Counted from the first letter of the stretch, positions 39,295 to 49,400 are shown. The stretch is DNA of 64,000 nt from an uncultured Alistipes sp. (GCA_964390585.1 CAYMIH010000001.1:8432-72431); one strand, 5' to 3'. Notes: generated by a model from the letters alone, not told the origin. Numbers and translations are program-made.

Positions 39295-39469
39295 CAAAGT
39301 TAGCAAAAAAAAGGCAATAACGAAGCGCCGCACCGTCCTCCCGCGGAAAATGTCGCGGTGCTGCGATATAGAGCGGTTCGAATAGGTCGCCGTTATGCAA
39401 TCGCAGGACATCATTCGATAATTAATCGTGCACGTGGGAACATTATTCGGGATAAAATAGCTATATTTG
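39295..39469. promoter_or_regulatory. Divergent promoters (DUF3298 gene and oxidoreductase operon)
   Basis: TAACTTTG on minus at 39295-39302; TATATTTG on plus at 39462-39469. Confidence 0.6.
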
Positions 39470-39505
39470 TAGAAATTTTGGAAACCTGAATTTAATTCGT
39501 TTTTT

Positions 39506-39733
39506 ATGGCGAGGATCAAAGGAAGTCTTGTCATTGATGCAGAACGGTGTAAAGGATGCGGCGTGTGCATAGCCTCGTGTCCGTGCAACGTGCTCGGCTT
39601 CTCGGCCGACGTCAACGGCAAAGGTTATCGTTACGCGGTAATGGTCGATCGCGACGCATGTACGGGATGCGCGTCATGCGGAATTATTTGTCCCGACAGT
39701 TGTATTGTCGTTTACCGACAAAAATTCGAATAG
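39506..39733 (+). CDS. 2x[4Fe-4S] ferredoxin, delta subunit of 2-oxoacid:ferredoxin oxidoreductase
   Basis: Two CxxCxxCxxxCP motifs; first gene of the operon. Confidence 0.88.
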   Translation: MARIKGSLVIDAERCKGCGVCIASCPCNVLGFSADVNGKGYRYAVMVDRDACTGCASCGIICPDSCIVVYRQKFE

Positions 39734-39735
39734 TT

Positions 39736-40827
39736 ATGGCAGAGAAAGAGGTGAGATTGATGAAAGGCAACGAGGTGATCGCCCATGCTGCCGTACGCTG
39801 CGGATGTGACGGTTATTTCGGCTACCCCATAACGCCGCAATCCGAAGTAATGGAGACCTTGATGGAGCTCAAGCCGTGGGAGACCACGGGCATGGTGGTA
39901 CTTCAGGCCGAATCGGAGCTGGCGTCGATCAACATGGTTTACGGCGGCGCCGCAACGGGCAAACGCGTCATGACCTCGTCGTCGAGCCCCGGCGTCAGCC
40001 TCATGAGCGAAGGAATGAGTTATCTGGCAGCCTGCGAGTTGCCTTGTCTTATAGTAAACTGCCAGCGCGGCGGCCCGGGGTTAGGTACCATACAGCCCTC
40101 GCAGGGCGACTATCTCCAAGCCTGCAAGGGCGGTGCGCACGGCGATTTCCATCTCATAGTACTCGCGCCCGCCTCGGTGCAGGAGATGCACGACTTCGTC
40201 GATTTGGGATTCGAGCTGGCTTTCAAGTATCGCAATCCCGCCATGATTCTGGCCGACGGAGCCATAGGCCAGATGATGGAGAAGGTGATTCTCGCGCCGC
40301 AGAAAGCGCGCCGCACCGACGCCGAGATCGAGGCCGAATACGGCTCGTGGGCGTGCTGCGGCAAAGGCACCCGCCGCGAACGCAATATATGCACCTCGCT
40401 GGAGATGCAGTCGGAGAAGATGGAGAAGATCAATTTCCATCTCAACGACAAATACAAGGCCATCGAAGCGGCCGAGGCCCGCTGGGAGCAGATCGACTGC
40501 GACGATGCCGACTACGTGCTGGTGGCGTTCGGTTCGTCGGCCCGCATCTGCTCGGCCACCGTCGAGCTGGCGCGCGCCGAGGGCATAAAGGTCGGACTGC
40601 TGCGCCCCATCACCCTCTACCCGTTCCCCTCGGAGCCGCTGGCGGAGCTGAGCCGACGCGGAGTGAAAGGATTTCTCTCGGTGGAACTCAATTCGGGCCA
40701 GATGGTGGAGGACGTGCGTCTCGCCGTCGAGGGCCGTGCCCCCGTCGCGCACTACGGCCGTCAGGGCGGCATGATGTTTACGCCCGACGAAGCGCTGGAG
40801 GCGTTGAAAAGTAATTTCATAAAATAG
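39736..40827 (+). CDS. vorB: 2-oxoacid (3-methyl-2-oxobutanoate-type):ferredoxin oxidoreductase alpha subunit
   Basis: 'KGNE', 'GYPITPQSE', 'QAESE', 'SSSSPG', 'QRGGPG'. Confidence 0.85.
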   Translation: MAEKEVRLMKGNEVIAHAAVRCGCDGYFGYPITPQSEVMETLMELKPWETTGMVVLQAESELASINMVYGGAATGKRVMTSSSSPGVSLMSEGMSYLAACELPCLIVNCQRGGPGLGTIQPSQGDYLQACKGGAHGDFHLIVLAPASVQEMHDFVDLGFELAFKYRNPAMILADGAIGQMMEKVILAPQKARRTDAEIEAEYGSWACCGKGTRRERNICTSLEMQSEKMEKINFHLNDKYKAIEAAEARWEQIDCDDADYVLVAFGSSARICSATVELARAEGIKVGLLRPITLYPFPSEPLAELSRRGVKGFLSVELNSGQMVEDVRLAVEGRAPVAHYGRQGGMMFTPDEALEALKSNFIK

Positions 40828-40833
40828 AAAGCT

Positions 40834-41604
40834 ATGGCAGAAGTTGAGATAAAACCCGAAAACATAGTCTATGCCAAGCCGCGCCTGATTACCGACGAGG
40901 TGATGCACTACTGCCCGGGATGCAGCCACGGCACGGTGCATAAACTCGTGGCCGAGGTGATAGACGAGATGGGATTAGAGAAGTCGGCCATCGCCATCTC
41001 GCCCGTCGGTTGCTCGGTGTTCGCCTACAAATATGTCGACGTCGACTGGATAGAGGCGGCGCACGGCCGCGCATGCGCCGTGGCTTCGGCCGTCAAGCGC
41101 CTGCATCCCGACAAACTGGTATTCACCTATCAGGGCGACGGCGATCTGGCCGCCATCGGCACGGGCGAGACCATACATGCCGCGGCGCGCGGCGAGAACA
41201 TTGCCACCATATTCATCAACAACGCGATATACGGCATGACGGGCGGACAGATGTCGCCCACCACCCTGCTCGGCCAGAAGACTGCCACCACGCCTTACGG
41301 CCGCGACAGTCGGTTGAACGGCTTCCCCTACAAGATAGCCGAGATGCTGGTGCACCTCGACGGCGCCACCTACATCACCCGTCAGAGCGTGCACACGCCC
41401 GCCAATGTGCGCAAGTGCAAGAAGGCCATACGCCGTGCGTTCGAGAACTCGCTCGCGGGCAACGGCTACTCGATGGTCGAGGTGGTGTCGACATGCAGCA
41501 GCGGCTGGAAGATGTCGCCCGTCGACTCCAACAAGTGGCTCGAAGAGAACATGCTGCCCTACTACCCGCTGGGCGACATAAAGTGCTCGGAGCTGCCGAA
41601 ATAA
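40834..41604 (+). CDS. 2-oxoacid:ferredoxin oxidoreductase beta subunit (TPP-binding)
   Basis: 'YCPGC.HG', 'HGRA', 'QGDGD', 'NN..YGMTGGQ'. Confidence 0.88.
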   Translation: MAEVEIKPENIVYAKPRLITDEVMHYCPGCSHGTVHKLVAEVIDEMGLEKSAIAISPVGCSVFAYKYVDVDWIEAAHGRACAVASAVKRLHPDKLVFTYQGDGDLAAIGTGETIHAAARGENIATIFINNAIYGMTGGQMSPTTLLGQKTATTPYGRDSRLNGFPYKIAEMLVHLDGATYITRQSVHTPANVRKCKKAIRRAFENSLAGNGYSMVEVVSTCSSGWKMSPVDSNKWLEENMLPYYPLGDIKCSELPK

Positions 41605-41622
41605 CATTAAAAGCGAAACGAA

Positions 41623-42168
41623 ATGAAAGAGACGTTGATAATAGCAGGATTCGGCGGTCAGGGAGTGCTGTCGATGGGCAAGATACTCGCCTACTCGGGT
41701 GTCATGCAGGGATGCGAGGTGACGTGGATGCCCTCCTACGGCCCCGAAATGCGCGGCGGCACGGCGAACGTCACGGTCATACTCTCCGACCGCAGGATAT
41801 CGTCGCCCATCGCAGGCAGTTTCGACTCCGCCATCATACTCAACCAGCAGTCGATGGACAAATTCGAGAGTAAGGTCAAGGCGGGCGGAATCCTGATCTA
41901 CGACACCAACGGCATCACTCACGCACCCACGCGCACCGACATAGAGATCTACGCCATCGACGCGGCCGCGGAGTGCGCCCGATTGGGGCAGGCGAAGATG
42001 TTCAATACGATGATTCTGGGCGGATACCTCAAGGTGAAGCCCATAGTCGACATGGCCAACGTAATGACGGGGCTCAAGAAATCGCTGCCCGAGCGGGCAT
42101 GGCGCTTCCTGCCGCAGAACGAGGAGGCGATTCGCCACGGCGGCGAGATAATCCGAAAGATAAAATAA
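41623..42168 (+). CDS. 2-oxoacid:ferredoxin oxidoreductase gamma subunit
   Basis: 'AGFGGQG', 'SYGPEMRGG'. Confidence 0.88.
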   Translation: MKETLIIAGFGGQGVLSMGKILAYSGVMQGCEVTWMPSYGPEMRGGTANVTVILSDRRISSPIAGSFDSAIILNQQSMDKFESKVKAGGILIYDTNGITHAPTRTDIEIYAIDAAAECARLGQAKMFNTMILGGYLKVKPIVDMANVMTGLKKSLPERAWRFLPQNEEAIRHGGEIIRKIK

Positions 42169-42271
42169 GTGGGTGCGGCAATTTTGCCGCACTTCGTTTT
42201 TAACAATGTCGGAGTCGCATTAATTTTTTGTTATTTAATGGCACGAATATGGTAAGATTGTGTAGTTTTTG

Positions 42272-42279
42272 TAATTTTG
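42272..42279 (+). promoter_or_regulatory. -7 box for mgsA
   Basis: TAATTTTG. Confidence 0.55.
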
Positions 42280-42353
42280 CGGTCGAAACAACAGGACATA
42301 TAATAGGATGATTAACGGGATCCCCGCCGAGGGATCCGAAATTTGGATGAATT

Positions 42354-42827
42354 ATGGAAAAGAGATTAACGGTAGCACTGGTCGCACACGACAACATGAA
42401 ACACGATCTGGCCGAATGGGTGGCGTGGAACTGGGAAAAACTGCTCTCGCACCGTTTGATATGTACGGGTACCACGGGACGCATAGTGGCCGAGACGCTT
42501 ATGGAGCGCCGCAGCAAGGACGCTGCCAATTCGCGCTTCGACATCACGATGCTCAAATCAGGCCCGCTCGGCGGCGACCAGCAGTTGGGTTCAATGATCG
42601 CCAACGGCGATATCGACATGCTCATATTCTTCTGGGATCCCATGTCGGCGCAGCCGCACGACGTGGACGTGAAGGCACTGTTGCGTCTGGCTACGCTGTA
42701 CAACGTACCCACGGCCATCAACCGCTCGTCGGCCGATTTCCTGATCTCGTCGCCGCTCATGGCTCACGAGGAATACACTCCCGTACTGAAGGATTACACT
42801 TGCTATATCGAACGGACGCTCAAATAA
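42354..42827 (+). CDS. mgsA: Methylglyoxal synthase
   Basis: 'ALVAHD', 'TGTTG', 'SGPLGGDQQ', 'FFWDP..AQPHDVDVKALLR'. Confidence 0.95.
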   Translation: MEKRLTVALVAHDNMKHDLAEWVAWNWEKLLSHRLICTGTTGRIVAETLMERRSKDAANSRFDITMLKSGPLGGDQQLGSMIANGDIDMLIFFWDPMSAQPHDVDVKALLRLATLYNVPTAINRSSADFLISSPLMAHEEYTPVLKDYTCYIERTLK

Positions 42828-42848
42828 CGCATTCTAAAATATATGACA

Positions 42849-42882
42849 GAAGAGCGGGGAGGCACCCCGCTCTTTTCGTTTT
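42849..42882 (+). terminator. Terminator after mgsA
   Basis: AAGAGCGGGG/CCCCGCTCTT plus T tract. Confidence 0.7.
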
Positions 42883-42945
42883 ACGGCCAAACCTCCGCAG
42901 AGCGGTTTTTAAGACGTCAATATCTTTATTTCAAAATATTTTCGT

Positions 42946-42953
42946 TATATTTG
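42946..42953 (+). promoter_or_regulatory. -7 box for the G1P dehydrogenase gene
   Basis: TATATTTG. Confidence 0.6.
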
Positions 42954-42978
42954 CTTTCGAATCCAAACAATCCCGATT

Positions 42979-44325
42979 ATGAATAATAACAAGCGAATAG
43001 CCGATGCTCTGGCGGCCGCTACCGATACCGCGGCTTTGGAGATCGGAACCGACATATTCGACCGCGTGCCGTCGATGTTCGCGGAGCAGTTTCCCGACAA
43101 GCGGGCATTGATCGTCGCCGACGAGAACACATGGCGTGCGGCGGGCGAAGCCGTGCTCTCGCATTTGAAAGCCGCAGGCATTCCGTGCGACGAGCCCTAC
43201 ATCTTCACCGACCCGCACCTGCATGCCGAATGGCGGTTCATAGAGATGCTCGACGCGCGTCTGGCCGCTACCGACGCCATAGCCGTCGCGGTCGGTTCGG
43301 GCACGATAAACGATCTGTGCAAATTGTGCTCCTACCATGCGAACCGCCCCTACATGTGCGTCGCCACGGCGGCATCGGTCGACGGCTATTCCTCTTTCGG
43401 AGCGTCGATTACATATCGCGACATGAAGCAGACCTTCACCTGCCCCGCCCCTCGCGCCATACTGGCCGACGTCGGGGTCATGGCCAAGGCTCCCGCCGAA
43501 ATGACCGCTGCGGGCTATGCCGATCTGGCCGCGAAGATCCCCGCGGGCGCGGAGTGGATCATAGCGGACTTCCTTGGGGTGGAGCCTATACACGACGCGG
43601 CATGGCACATCGTGCAGGACAGTCTCAAAGAGTCGCTCGCCGATCCCGAAGGGGTCGCCGCGCTGCGGCCCGAGGCGATAGCGCCGTTCGTGGAGGGGTT
43701 GATGCTCAGCGGATTCGCCATGCAAGCGGCGCGTTCGAGCCGTCCCGCATCGTGCACCGATCATCTGTTCAGTCACTTGTGGAACATGCGCAACCACACC
43801 TACAAAGGCGCGACGCCCTCGCACGGATTTCAGGTAAGCGTCGGCACGCTCATGATGTGCGCCATGTTCGACCAAATGTATAAGACCGATTTCACGAAGC
43901 TCGACATCGATGCCTGCGTCGCCCGATGGAAAACGCTCGACGAGGTGCGTCGCGAGGCCGAGGAGCTGTTCCGCGGACTGCCCTACGCCGAGCTCGGTAT
44001 CACCGAAGTCACTGCCAAATACGGCGACCGCGACGAGGTGCGGCGTCAACTGCAACTCGTCAAGGACAATTGGCCCGACCTGAAACGCCGTTTGCAGGAG
44101 CAGTGCTATACGTTCGATGAAATGTATCGCTATCTCAGCATAGTCGGCGCCCCCACCGCGCCCGAACATGTCGGCATATCGCGCAAGACCATGCGGGCCG
44201 ACGTGCCTTTCGTGCGCCACATCCGCCGCAGGTATAATCTGCTCGATCTGGGACTGCGGGCCTGCACGCTGGACGGATGGGTCGACGGCATCTTCGGCAG
44301 AGGCGGAGTGTGGGAGATCATGTAA
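42979..44325 (+). CDS. sn-glycerol-1-phosphate dehydrogenase (EgsA/AraM-like)
   Basis: 'VADENT', 'AVGSGTINDLCK', 'TAASVDGY.S', 'SSRPAS...H..SH.W', 'HG.QV.VG'. Confidence 0.78.
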   Translation: MNNNKRIADALAAATDTAALEIGTDIFDRVPSMFAEQFPDKRALIVADENTWRAAGEAVLSHLKAAGIPCDEPYIFTDPHLHAEWRFIEMLDARLAATDAIAVAVGSGTINDLCKLCSYHANRPYMCVATAASVDGYSSFGASITYRDMKQTFTCPAPRAILADVGVMAKAPAEMTAAGYADLAAKIPAGAEWIIADFLGVEPIHDAAWHIVQDSLKESLADPEGVAALRPEAIAPFVEGLMLSGFAMQAARSSRPASCTDHLFSHLWNMRNHTYKGATPSHGFQVSVGTLMMCAMFDQMYKTDFTKLDIDACVARWKTLDEVRREAEELFRGLPYAELGITEVTAKYGDRDEVRRQLQLVKDNWPDLKRRLQEQCYTFDEMYRYLSIVGAPTAPEHVGISRKTMRADVPFVRHIRRRYNLLDLGLRACTLDGWVDGIFGRGGVWEIM

Positions 44326-44327
44326 TT

Positions 44328-44420
44328 CGGGTAGCAGCCTGCGGAGCACGCGAACGAGCGAATGTGAGTTGCGGGCCTCCGCGGGGCGAGGCTGCGGCCC
44401 GCACGACTCTAAAAGAGTCG
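44328..44420 (+). repeat. Dispersed palindromic element, subfamily B, copy B3
   Basis: Near-identical to B4; terminal hairpin CGACTCT-AAA-AGAGTCG. Confidence 0.92.
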
Positions 44421-44428
44421 TAAAAAAC

Positions 44429-44463
44429 AAAAGCTGTATGAACTTGCTTTCATACAGCTTTTT
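44429..44463. terminator. Bidirectional terminator (G1PDH and fmt)
   Basis: AAAAGCTGTATGAA/TTCATACAGCTTTT. Confidence 0.72.
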
Positions 44464-44466
44464 AGC

Positions 44467-45450
44467 TTACTTTCCGAAAACGTAATCCTCCAGATCTCGG
44501 AACCCGACCAGAAGTTCCCGATTGCTCATGCGGCGTTTTCCTGCCATTTGCAAACCGCCGATATCGATATACCCGTCGACGCATGCGACCGATATACGAT
44601 CTCGACCGTCGGTGAATATGGTTCCCGCCGCTGCCGAATGCGGCTCTGGGCGGAACGCCACTTCGAATATCTTCGCCGACCCCGCCTCCTCGGCGCTGCC
44701 GTCGGCCTTGTACATGGGAGTCCACGCCGCGGGATAAGGCGACAGGCCGCGGACGAAATTCACTATGCGGCGGCCGTCCCACGACCAGTCGATCCTGCAA
44801 TCCTCCTTGAAGATCTTGGGTGCGGGCTTCAACTGCGACTCGTCGACGTGCATCTGCTCAACGGCTTCGTAATCGCCCGAAGCGATCTTCTCCACCGTCT
44901 CGACCACCAGATCGCACCCCGCCGTCATCAGTTTCTCGTACATCGTCCCCACGTTGTCTTCGGGAAGTATCGGCTCCCGACGCTGCCCGATTATGGCGCC
45001 CTTGTCTATCTCGTGGTTGAGCAGGAACGTGGTGATGCCCGTCTCCGTCTCGCCGTTCATGATGGCGTGGTTTATGGGTGCCGCGCCGCGATATTGCGGC
45101 AGCAGCGAAGCGTGCAGGTTAAAGGTGCCGAGACGCGGCATGGCCCAGATGATCTCGGGCAGCATGCGGAACGCTATGACGATGCCCAGATCGGGATTCA
45201 GCGCCCTGACGGCCTCCACGAACTCCTCGGCCCTGAGCTTCTCGGGCTGCAATATCGGCAGACCCAGTTCGCGTGCGGCGATTTTCACGTCGCTCTCGTG
45301 CATCTTGCGGCCGCGCCCCGCGGGTTTGTCGGGCGTGGTGACCACCGCGACCACATTGTATCCCTCGCCGACCAGCCGACGCAGCGACGCCACGGCGAAC
45401 TCGGGAGTTCCCATGAATATTATACGCAGATCCTTTCCTGTCATAATCAT
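44467..45450 (-). CDS. fmt: Methionyl-tRNA formyltransferase
   Basis: 'FMGTPEFA', 'PDKPAGRG', 'NLHASLLP.YRGAAPI'; ATGA overlap with the upstream stop. Confidence 0.95.
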   Translation of the reverse strand: MIMTGKDLRIIFMGTPEFAVASLRRLVGEGYNVVAVVTTPDKPAGRGRKMHESDVKIAARELGLPILQPEKLRAEEFVEAVRALNPDLGIVIAFRMLPEIIWAMPRLGTFNLHASLLPQYRGAAPINHAIMNGETETGITTFLLNHEIDKGAIIGQRREPILPEDNVGTMYEKLMTAGCDLVVETVEKIASGDYEAVEQMHVDESQLKPAPKIFKEDCRIDWSWDGRRIVNFVRGLSPYPAAWTPMYKADGSAEEAGSAKIFEVAFRPEPHSAAAGTIFTDGRDRISVACVDGYIDIGGLQMAGKRRMSNRELLVGFRDLEDYVFGK

Positions 45451-46952
45451 CTGATTTTCTTTACGAACAACCGTTTCGGCAGATATCCTTTCAACCGATT
45501 CCATACGGGATCCAGACGCTCTTTCAGAACCTTCAATTTGCCTGAATACCAATCCACGTCGAGCAGCTGCGAGTCGTTGGTCGCCTTGACCAGCAGATAC
45601 GCCGCTATGGGAGTCAGCACTATGGAGGATATCCACATTCCGAGCAGCGAGCTCCACACCCCCTCCTTGGCCATTTTCTCGCCCGATAGGCTTATGATAT
45701 AATATATGACGAAGAAGACCACCGATATCACTATGGGCGTTCCGAGTCCGCCTTTGCGGATGATGGCCCCGAGCGGCGCGCCGATAAGGAAGAATATCAA
45801 TACCGACACGGGCAGCGACAATTTGCGGTGCCAATCGTTTTTGCTGCGGTAGAGTTGGTTCAGGGCCTCCTTGGCCGAGGTCTCGTCGAACGAAAACGAG
45901 TTGCGCGAATTGAGCGCTACCGCCCTCGCGTTGTTCCACAAATCGTTTTTCTGACGCACGGTCATGTCGGGAATCGAATCGAGCAGGTACACGTCGCGAT
46001 AGCCCGTCTTGTCCTTGCGCAGCGAATCGGGAAGCTGCAATACCTGTATGTCGCGCGTGAAGATGTTGTCCTTGAGCAGCGGCTCGTAAGATTTGGCCGT
46101 GGAGGTCGACACCATGACGTCGAGCGAATCGATGTCATGCTGCAACTCCACGATGTTTTTGGTCTGCGATCCGCCCATCGAGCTCGAATTGTCGGTGCGC
46201 TGGAAGTCGAATCCCTCCATGGCGATCTTCGCATTCTGCACGTCGAACTTGTCGTGCCGCAGCTCGTTATGCGTATACCACTTGTTGTTGCGTGTCTGCT
46301 GGTAATTATCGCCGTCGTAAAGCGTCACCATAAGGTATTTCTTGTCGTCCGACAGACGGATATATCCCGTCTTTGCCGTGGTGGTGGTCATGTCGCCGTT
46401 GGCCGTGCGGTTGTCGTATATGAGAACGTCGTAAAGCAGGCCCGACACGGGATCCTGATGGCCCACGCGAATGCTCATGTCGTCTATACCGTTGAAAAAC
46501 AAACCGTCCTGAAACTCCAGCACCTGCTTCTGACGGCGTATGTCGTAGATGATGCTCGACATCTTCTTGTTGGCATACGGCACCAGATTATTCACCAAGA
46601 AGAAACTTCCGACCGACATCAACCCCACCACTATGATGAGCGGTTTCATTATGCGCATCAACGACATGCCCGACGATTTCATGGCCAGCAGCTCGTAATT
46701 CTCGCCCATATTGCCCATCGTCATGATTGCGGCAAGCAACATTGCGAGCGGCAAGCCGATGGGAATCATGTTTATGGTGGCATAACAGATGAGCTCTATT
46801 ATGACGCCGGCATCGAGTCCCTTGCCGACAAGTTCATCTATGTAGCGCCACACGAAGTTCATCATCAGCACGAACGTGACGATGAAAAACGTAAGCAGCA
46901 GCGGGCCGAGGTAGGCCTTGAGCACGAGTCGGTGTATGGTTTTAAGTCGCAT
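45447..46952 (-). CDS. LptF/LptG family LPS export permease
   Basis: 'GKGL', 'E..ELLAMKSSG.S', 'H.K.SLP', 'IGAPLGAIIRKGG'. Confidence 0.85.
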   Translation of the reverse strand: MRLKTIHRLVLKAYLGPLLLTFFIVTFVLMMNFVWRYIDELVGKGLDAGVIIELICYATINMIPIGLPLAMLLAAIMTMGNMGENYELLAMKSSGMSLMRIMKPLIIVVGLMSVGSFFLVNNLVPYANKKMSSIIYDIRRQKQVLEFQDGLFFNGIDDMSIRVGHQDPVSGLLYDVLIYDNRTANGDMTTTTAKTGYIRLSDDKKYLMVTLYDGDNYQQTRNNKWYTHNELRHDKFDVQNAKIAMEGFDFQRTDNSSSMGGSQTKNIVELQHDIDSLDVMVSTSTAKSYEPLLKDNIFTRDIQVLQLPDSLRKDKTGYRDVYLLDSIPDMTVRQKNDLWNNARAVALNSRNSFSFDETSAKEALNQLYRSKNDWHRKLSLPVSVLIFFLIGAPLGAIIRKGGLGTPIVISVVFFVIYYIISLSGEKMAKEGVWSSLLGMWISSIVLTPIAAYLLVKATNDSQLLDVDWYSGKLKVLKERLDPVWNRLKGYLPKRLFVKKIR

Positions 46953-47775
46953 CGGCGATTCTTTTTGATCGCAAAGTTAACAGTTTTGCGACAATAAGCC
47001 CCAACGTGAGGGTAAATATTATGCACGTCCCGGGCGGAACCTCCCAATTGTAACTTATGACGAGCCCCGTCACCGCGCCGACGACAGCCGTGACGGAGGC
47101 CCACAACGTTATGGAGGCGTACGACTTGGTGAATGCGTTGGCCGTCACCGCCGGAATCGTGAAGAGCGACAACAGCAGCACGATACCCATTATGCGTATC
47201 GACATCACGATGGTCGCGGCTACGACGACGGTCAACGCATACGACGCCGTCTTGGTCGCAATGCCTTGACTCGCCGCGAAATCGCGATCGAATGCCAGAT
47301 ACATCACGGAGCGTCGCCACAACACCGCTCCCGCGACGCAGAAGAGGGTGAGCACCCCGAGTGTTACCACGTCACGCGTGGTGACCGTCACGATGCTTCC
47401 GAACATGTAACTCGCCAGATCGCCCGACGTATACCCGGGCGTAAGGCTCATGAACAGCGCCCCCGTCGCCATGCCTATCGACCACACTATACCTATGGCC
47501 GAATCCTCGCGTATGCGGCCGCGATCGCTCGCCCACTCTATGCCCAAGGCCGAGATCACGGCGAAGACCATTGCCCCGCTTATGGGATTGGCCCCCATCC
47601 AGAACGCTATGCCCAATCCGCCGAACGAGGCGTGCGTCACGCCCCCGCACAGAAACACCATACGGCGCGAAACCACATAGGTACCCACTATGCCGCACGT
47701 AATCCCCGCGAACACGGCCGCGAGCAGAGCGTTGGCCAAATATCCGTATCGGAATATGTCGTAAAAAAACTCCAT
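46942..47775 (-). CDS. Metal (Zn/Mn) ABC transporter permease, ZnuB-like
   Basis: 'GTYVV.RR', 'H..FGG.G', 'YMFGSI', 'FD.DFA'. Confidence 0.85.
   Translation of the reverse strand: MEFFYDIFRYGYLANALLAAVFAGITCGIVGTYVVSRRMVFLCGGVTHASFGGLGIAFWMGANPISGAMVFAVISALGIEWASDRGRIREDSAIGIVWSIGMATGALFMSLTPGYTSGDLASYMFGSIVTVTTRDVVTLGVLTLFCVAGAVLWRRSVMYLAFDRDFAASQGIATKTASYALTVVVAATIVMSIRIMGIVLLLSLFTIPAVTANAFTKSYASITLWASVTAVVGAVTGLVISYNWEVPPGTCIIFTLTLGLIVAKLLTLRSKRIADAT
46972..46979 (-). promoter_or_regulatory. Internal -7 box for lptF/G-fmt (inside the 3' end of the ZnuB-like gene)
   Basis: TAACTTTG on the minus strand, about 20 nt before the ATG. Confidence 0.5.
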
Positions 47776-47928
47776 CTTTTCATTCGCTGTCGGGATCCGT
47801 CGCAGCTCACCCGAAACGTGCGCAAATTTACTTCAATTATCGGATTGCGTCAAAACTTTTTTCCTAATACGACAAGTTTTTATAACTTCGCACGATATTT
47901 AATCGATCGCTTGCCGTTAAAAACGGCA

Positions 47929-48024
47929 GCGGTTTGCCGTCGGCGGCAGGATCGCACGAGCCTCAGGCGAGTTGCGATCCGCCGCATGGGCGGCGGCGAA
48001 CCGCCGACATCGCGCGCGATGCCG
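47929..48024 (+). repeat. Dispersed palindromic element, subfamily A, copy A4 (diverged)
   Basis: Arms GCGGTTTGCCGT/GCGGCGAACCGC; core GCGAGTTGCGATCCGCCGC; hairpin CGACATCGCGCGCGATGCCG. Confidence 0.8.
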
Positions 48025-48054
48025 AGTCAGATCCGATTCATACCCGAATTATTT

Positions 48055-49353
48055 ATGGAAAAACGTCGAGTAAGTTTTCATACTTTGGGCTGCAAGCTCA
48101 ATTTTTCGGAGAGTTCCACCATCGCCCGCTCATTCGAAGAGGGCGGCTTCGTTCGTGTGGGACCCGACGAGGAGGCCGACATACATGTCATAAACAGTTG
48201 TTCGGTCACCGAGCATGCCGACAAAAAATGCCGCAACATCATACGCAAGCTGCATCGTCGCAATCCCGATGCCATCATAGCCGTCACGGGATGCTACGCA
48301 CAACTGAAGCCCTACGACATAGCGGCGATAGACGGAGTCGATATAGTGCTTGGCAACAACGATAAAGGCGATTTATATAAACGTGTGATCGAACTCGGCG
48401 CCAAGGGGCGCGCCCGCGTCTACGCATGCGACACCGACTCTCTGACGCGCTTTTTCGCGGCCTTTTCGTCGGGCGACCGCACGCGTTCGTTCCTCAAGGT
48501 TCAGGACGGATGCGACTACAAATGCGCCTACTGCACAATACATTACGCACGCGGATCGAGCCGCAACCCGCCCATCGCCGATTTGGTGGCCGAAGCGCGC
48601 GAGGTGGCCGCTTCGGGGACTAAAGAGATAGTGATAACGGGAGTGAATACGGGAGATTTCGGCCGCACTACGGGCGAAAAATTCATCGATCTGCTGCACG
48701 CCCTGAACGATGTGGAGGGAATCGAGAGATATCGCATTTCGTCAATCGAGCCCAATCTCATAACCGACGAGATTATAGAGTTTTGCGCCGCGTCACCTAA
48801 ATTCCAACATCATTTCCATATCCCGCTTCAGAGCGGGTCGGATCGCATCTTGGGTCTCATGCGCCGCCGCTACACCTCGGCCCGCTTCGCCGACCGTATC
48901 GCTAAGATCCGTTCGCTGATGCCCGACGCGTTCATCGGCGTCGACGTCATAACGGGGTTCCCGAGCGAAAGCGAGGCCGATTTCGCCCAGACGCGCACGC
49001 TTTTGGAACGGCTCGCCCCGTCGTATCTGCATGTCTTTCCGTTCTCCGAACGCCCGGGCACTCCCGCCGTCGACATGCCCGACAAGGTGCCCGCATCGGT
49101 CTCGACCGCCCGCGTCGCCGAGCTGGAGGCGCTTTGCGACCGCCTGCATCGCGATTTCTGCTCCCGCGCGGTGGGGACCGAGACTACCGTATTGTTCGAA
49201 AGCACAGTACGCGGCGGCATGATGTACGGCTACACGGGCAATTACATAAGAGTGAAAGCCCCCTACGACCGCGATGCCGTAAACCGCATCCGCACCGTGC
49301 GCCTGACCGCCATCGACGACGACCACGACGTTACGGCCGAAATTTTGAAGTAA
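48055..49353 (+). CDS. mtaB: tRNA ms2t6A37 methylthiotransferase
   Basis: 'TLGCKLN..E', 'NSCSVT', radical SAM 'KVQDGCDYKCAYC', 'RISSIEP'; start at ATG 48055. Confidence 0.9.
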   Translation: MEKRRVSFHTLGCKLNFSESSTIARSFEEGGFVRVGPDEEADIHVINSCSVTEHADKKCRNIIRKLHRRNPDAIIAVTGCYAQLKPYDIAAIDGVDIVLGNNDKGDLYKRVIELGAKGRARVYACDTDSLTRFFAAFSSGDRTRSFLKVQDGCDYKCAYCTIHYARGSSRNPPIADLVAEAREVAASGTKEIVITGVNTGDFGRTTGEKFIDLLHALNDVEGIERYRISSIEPNLITDEIIEFCAASPKFQHHFHIPLQSGSDRILGLMRRRYTSARFADRIAKIRSLMPDAFIGVDVITGFPSESEADFAQTRTLLERLAPSYLHVFPFSERPGTPAVDMPDKVPASVSTARVAELEALCDRLHRDFCSRAVGTETTVLFESTVRGGMMYGYTGNYIRVKAPYDRDAVNRIRTVRLTAIDDDHDVTAEILK

Positions 49354-49400
49354 ATGCCGCGGCGGGTCCGATTTTTTAGGTGCCGTTAAGATATTTTTGC

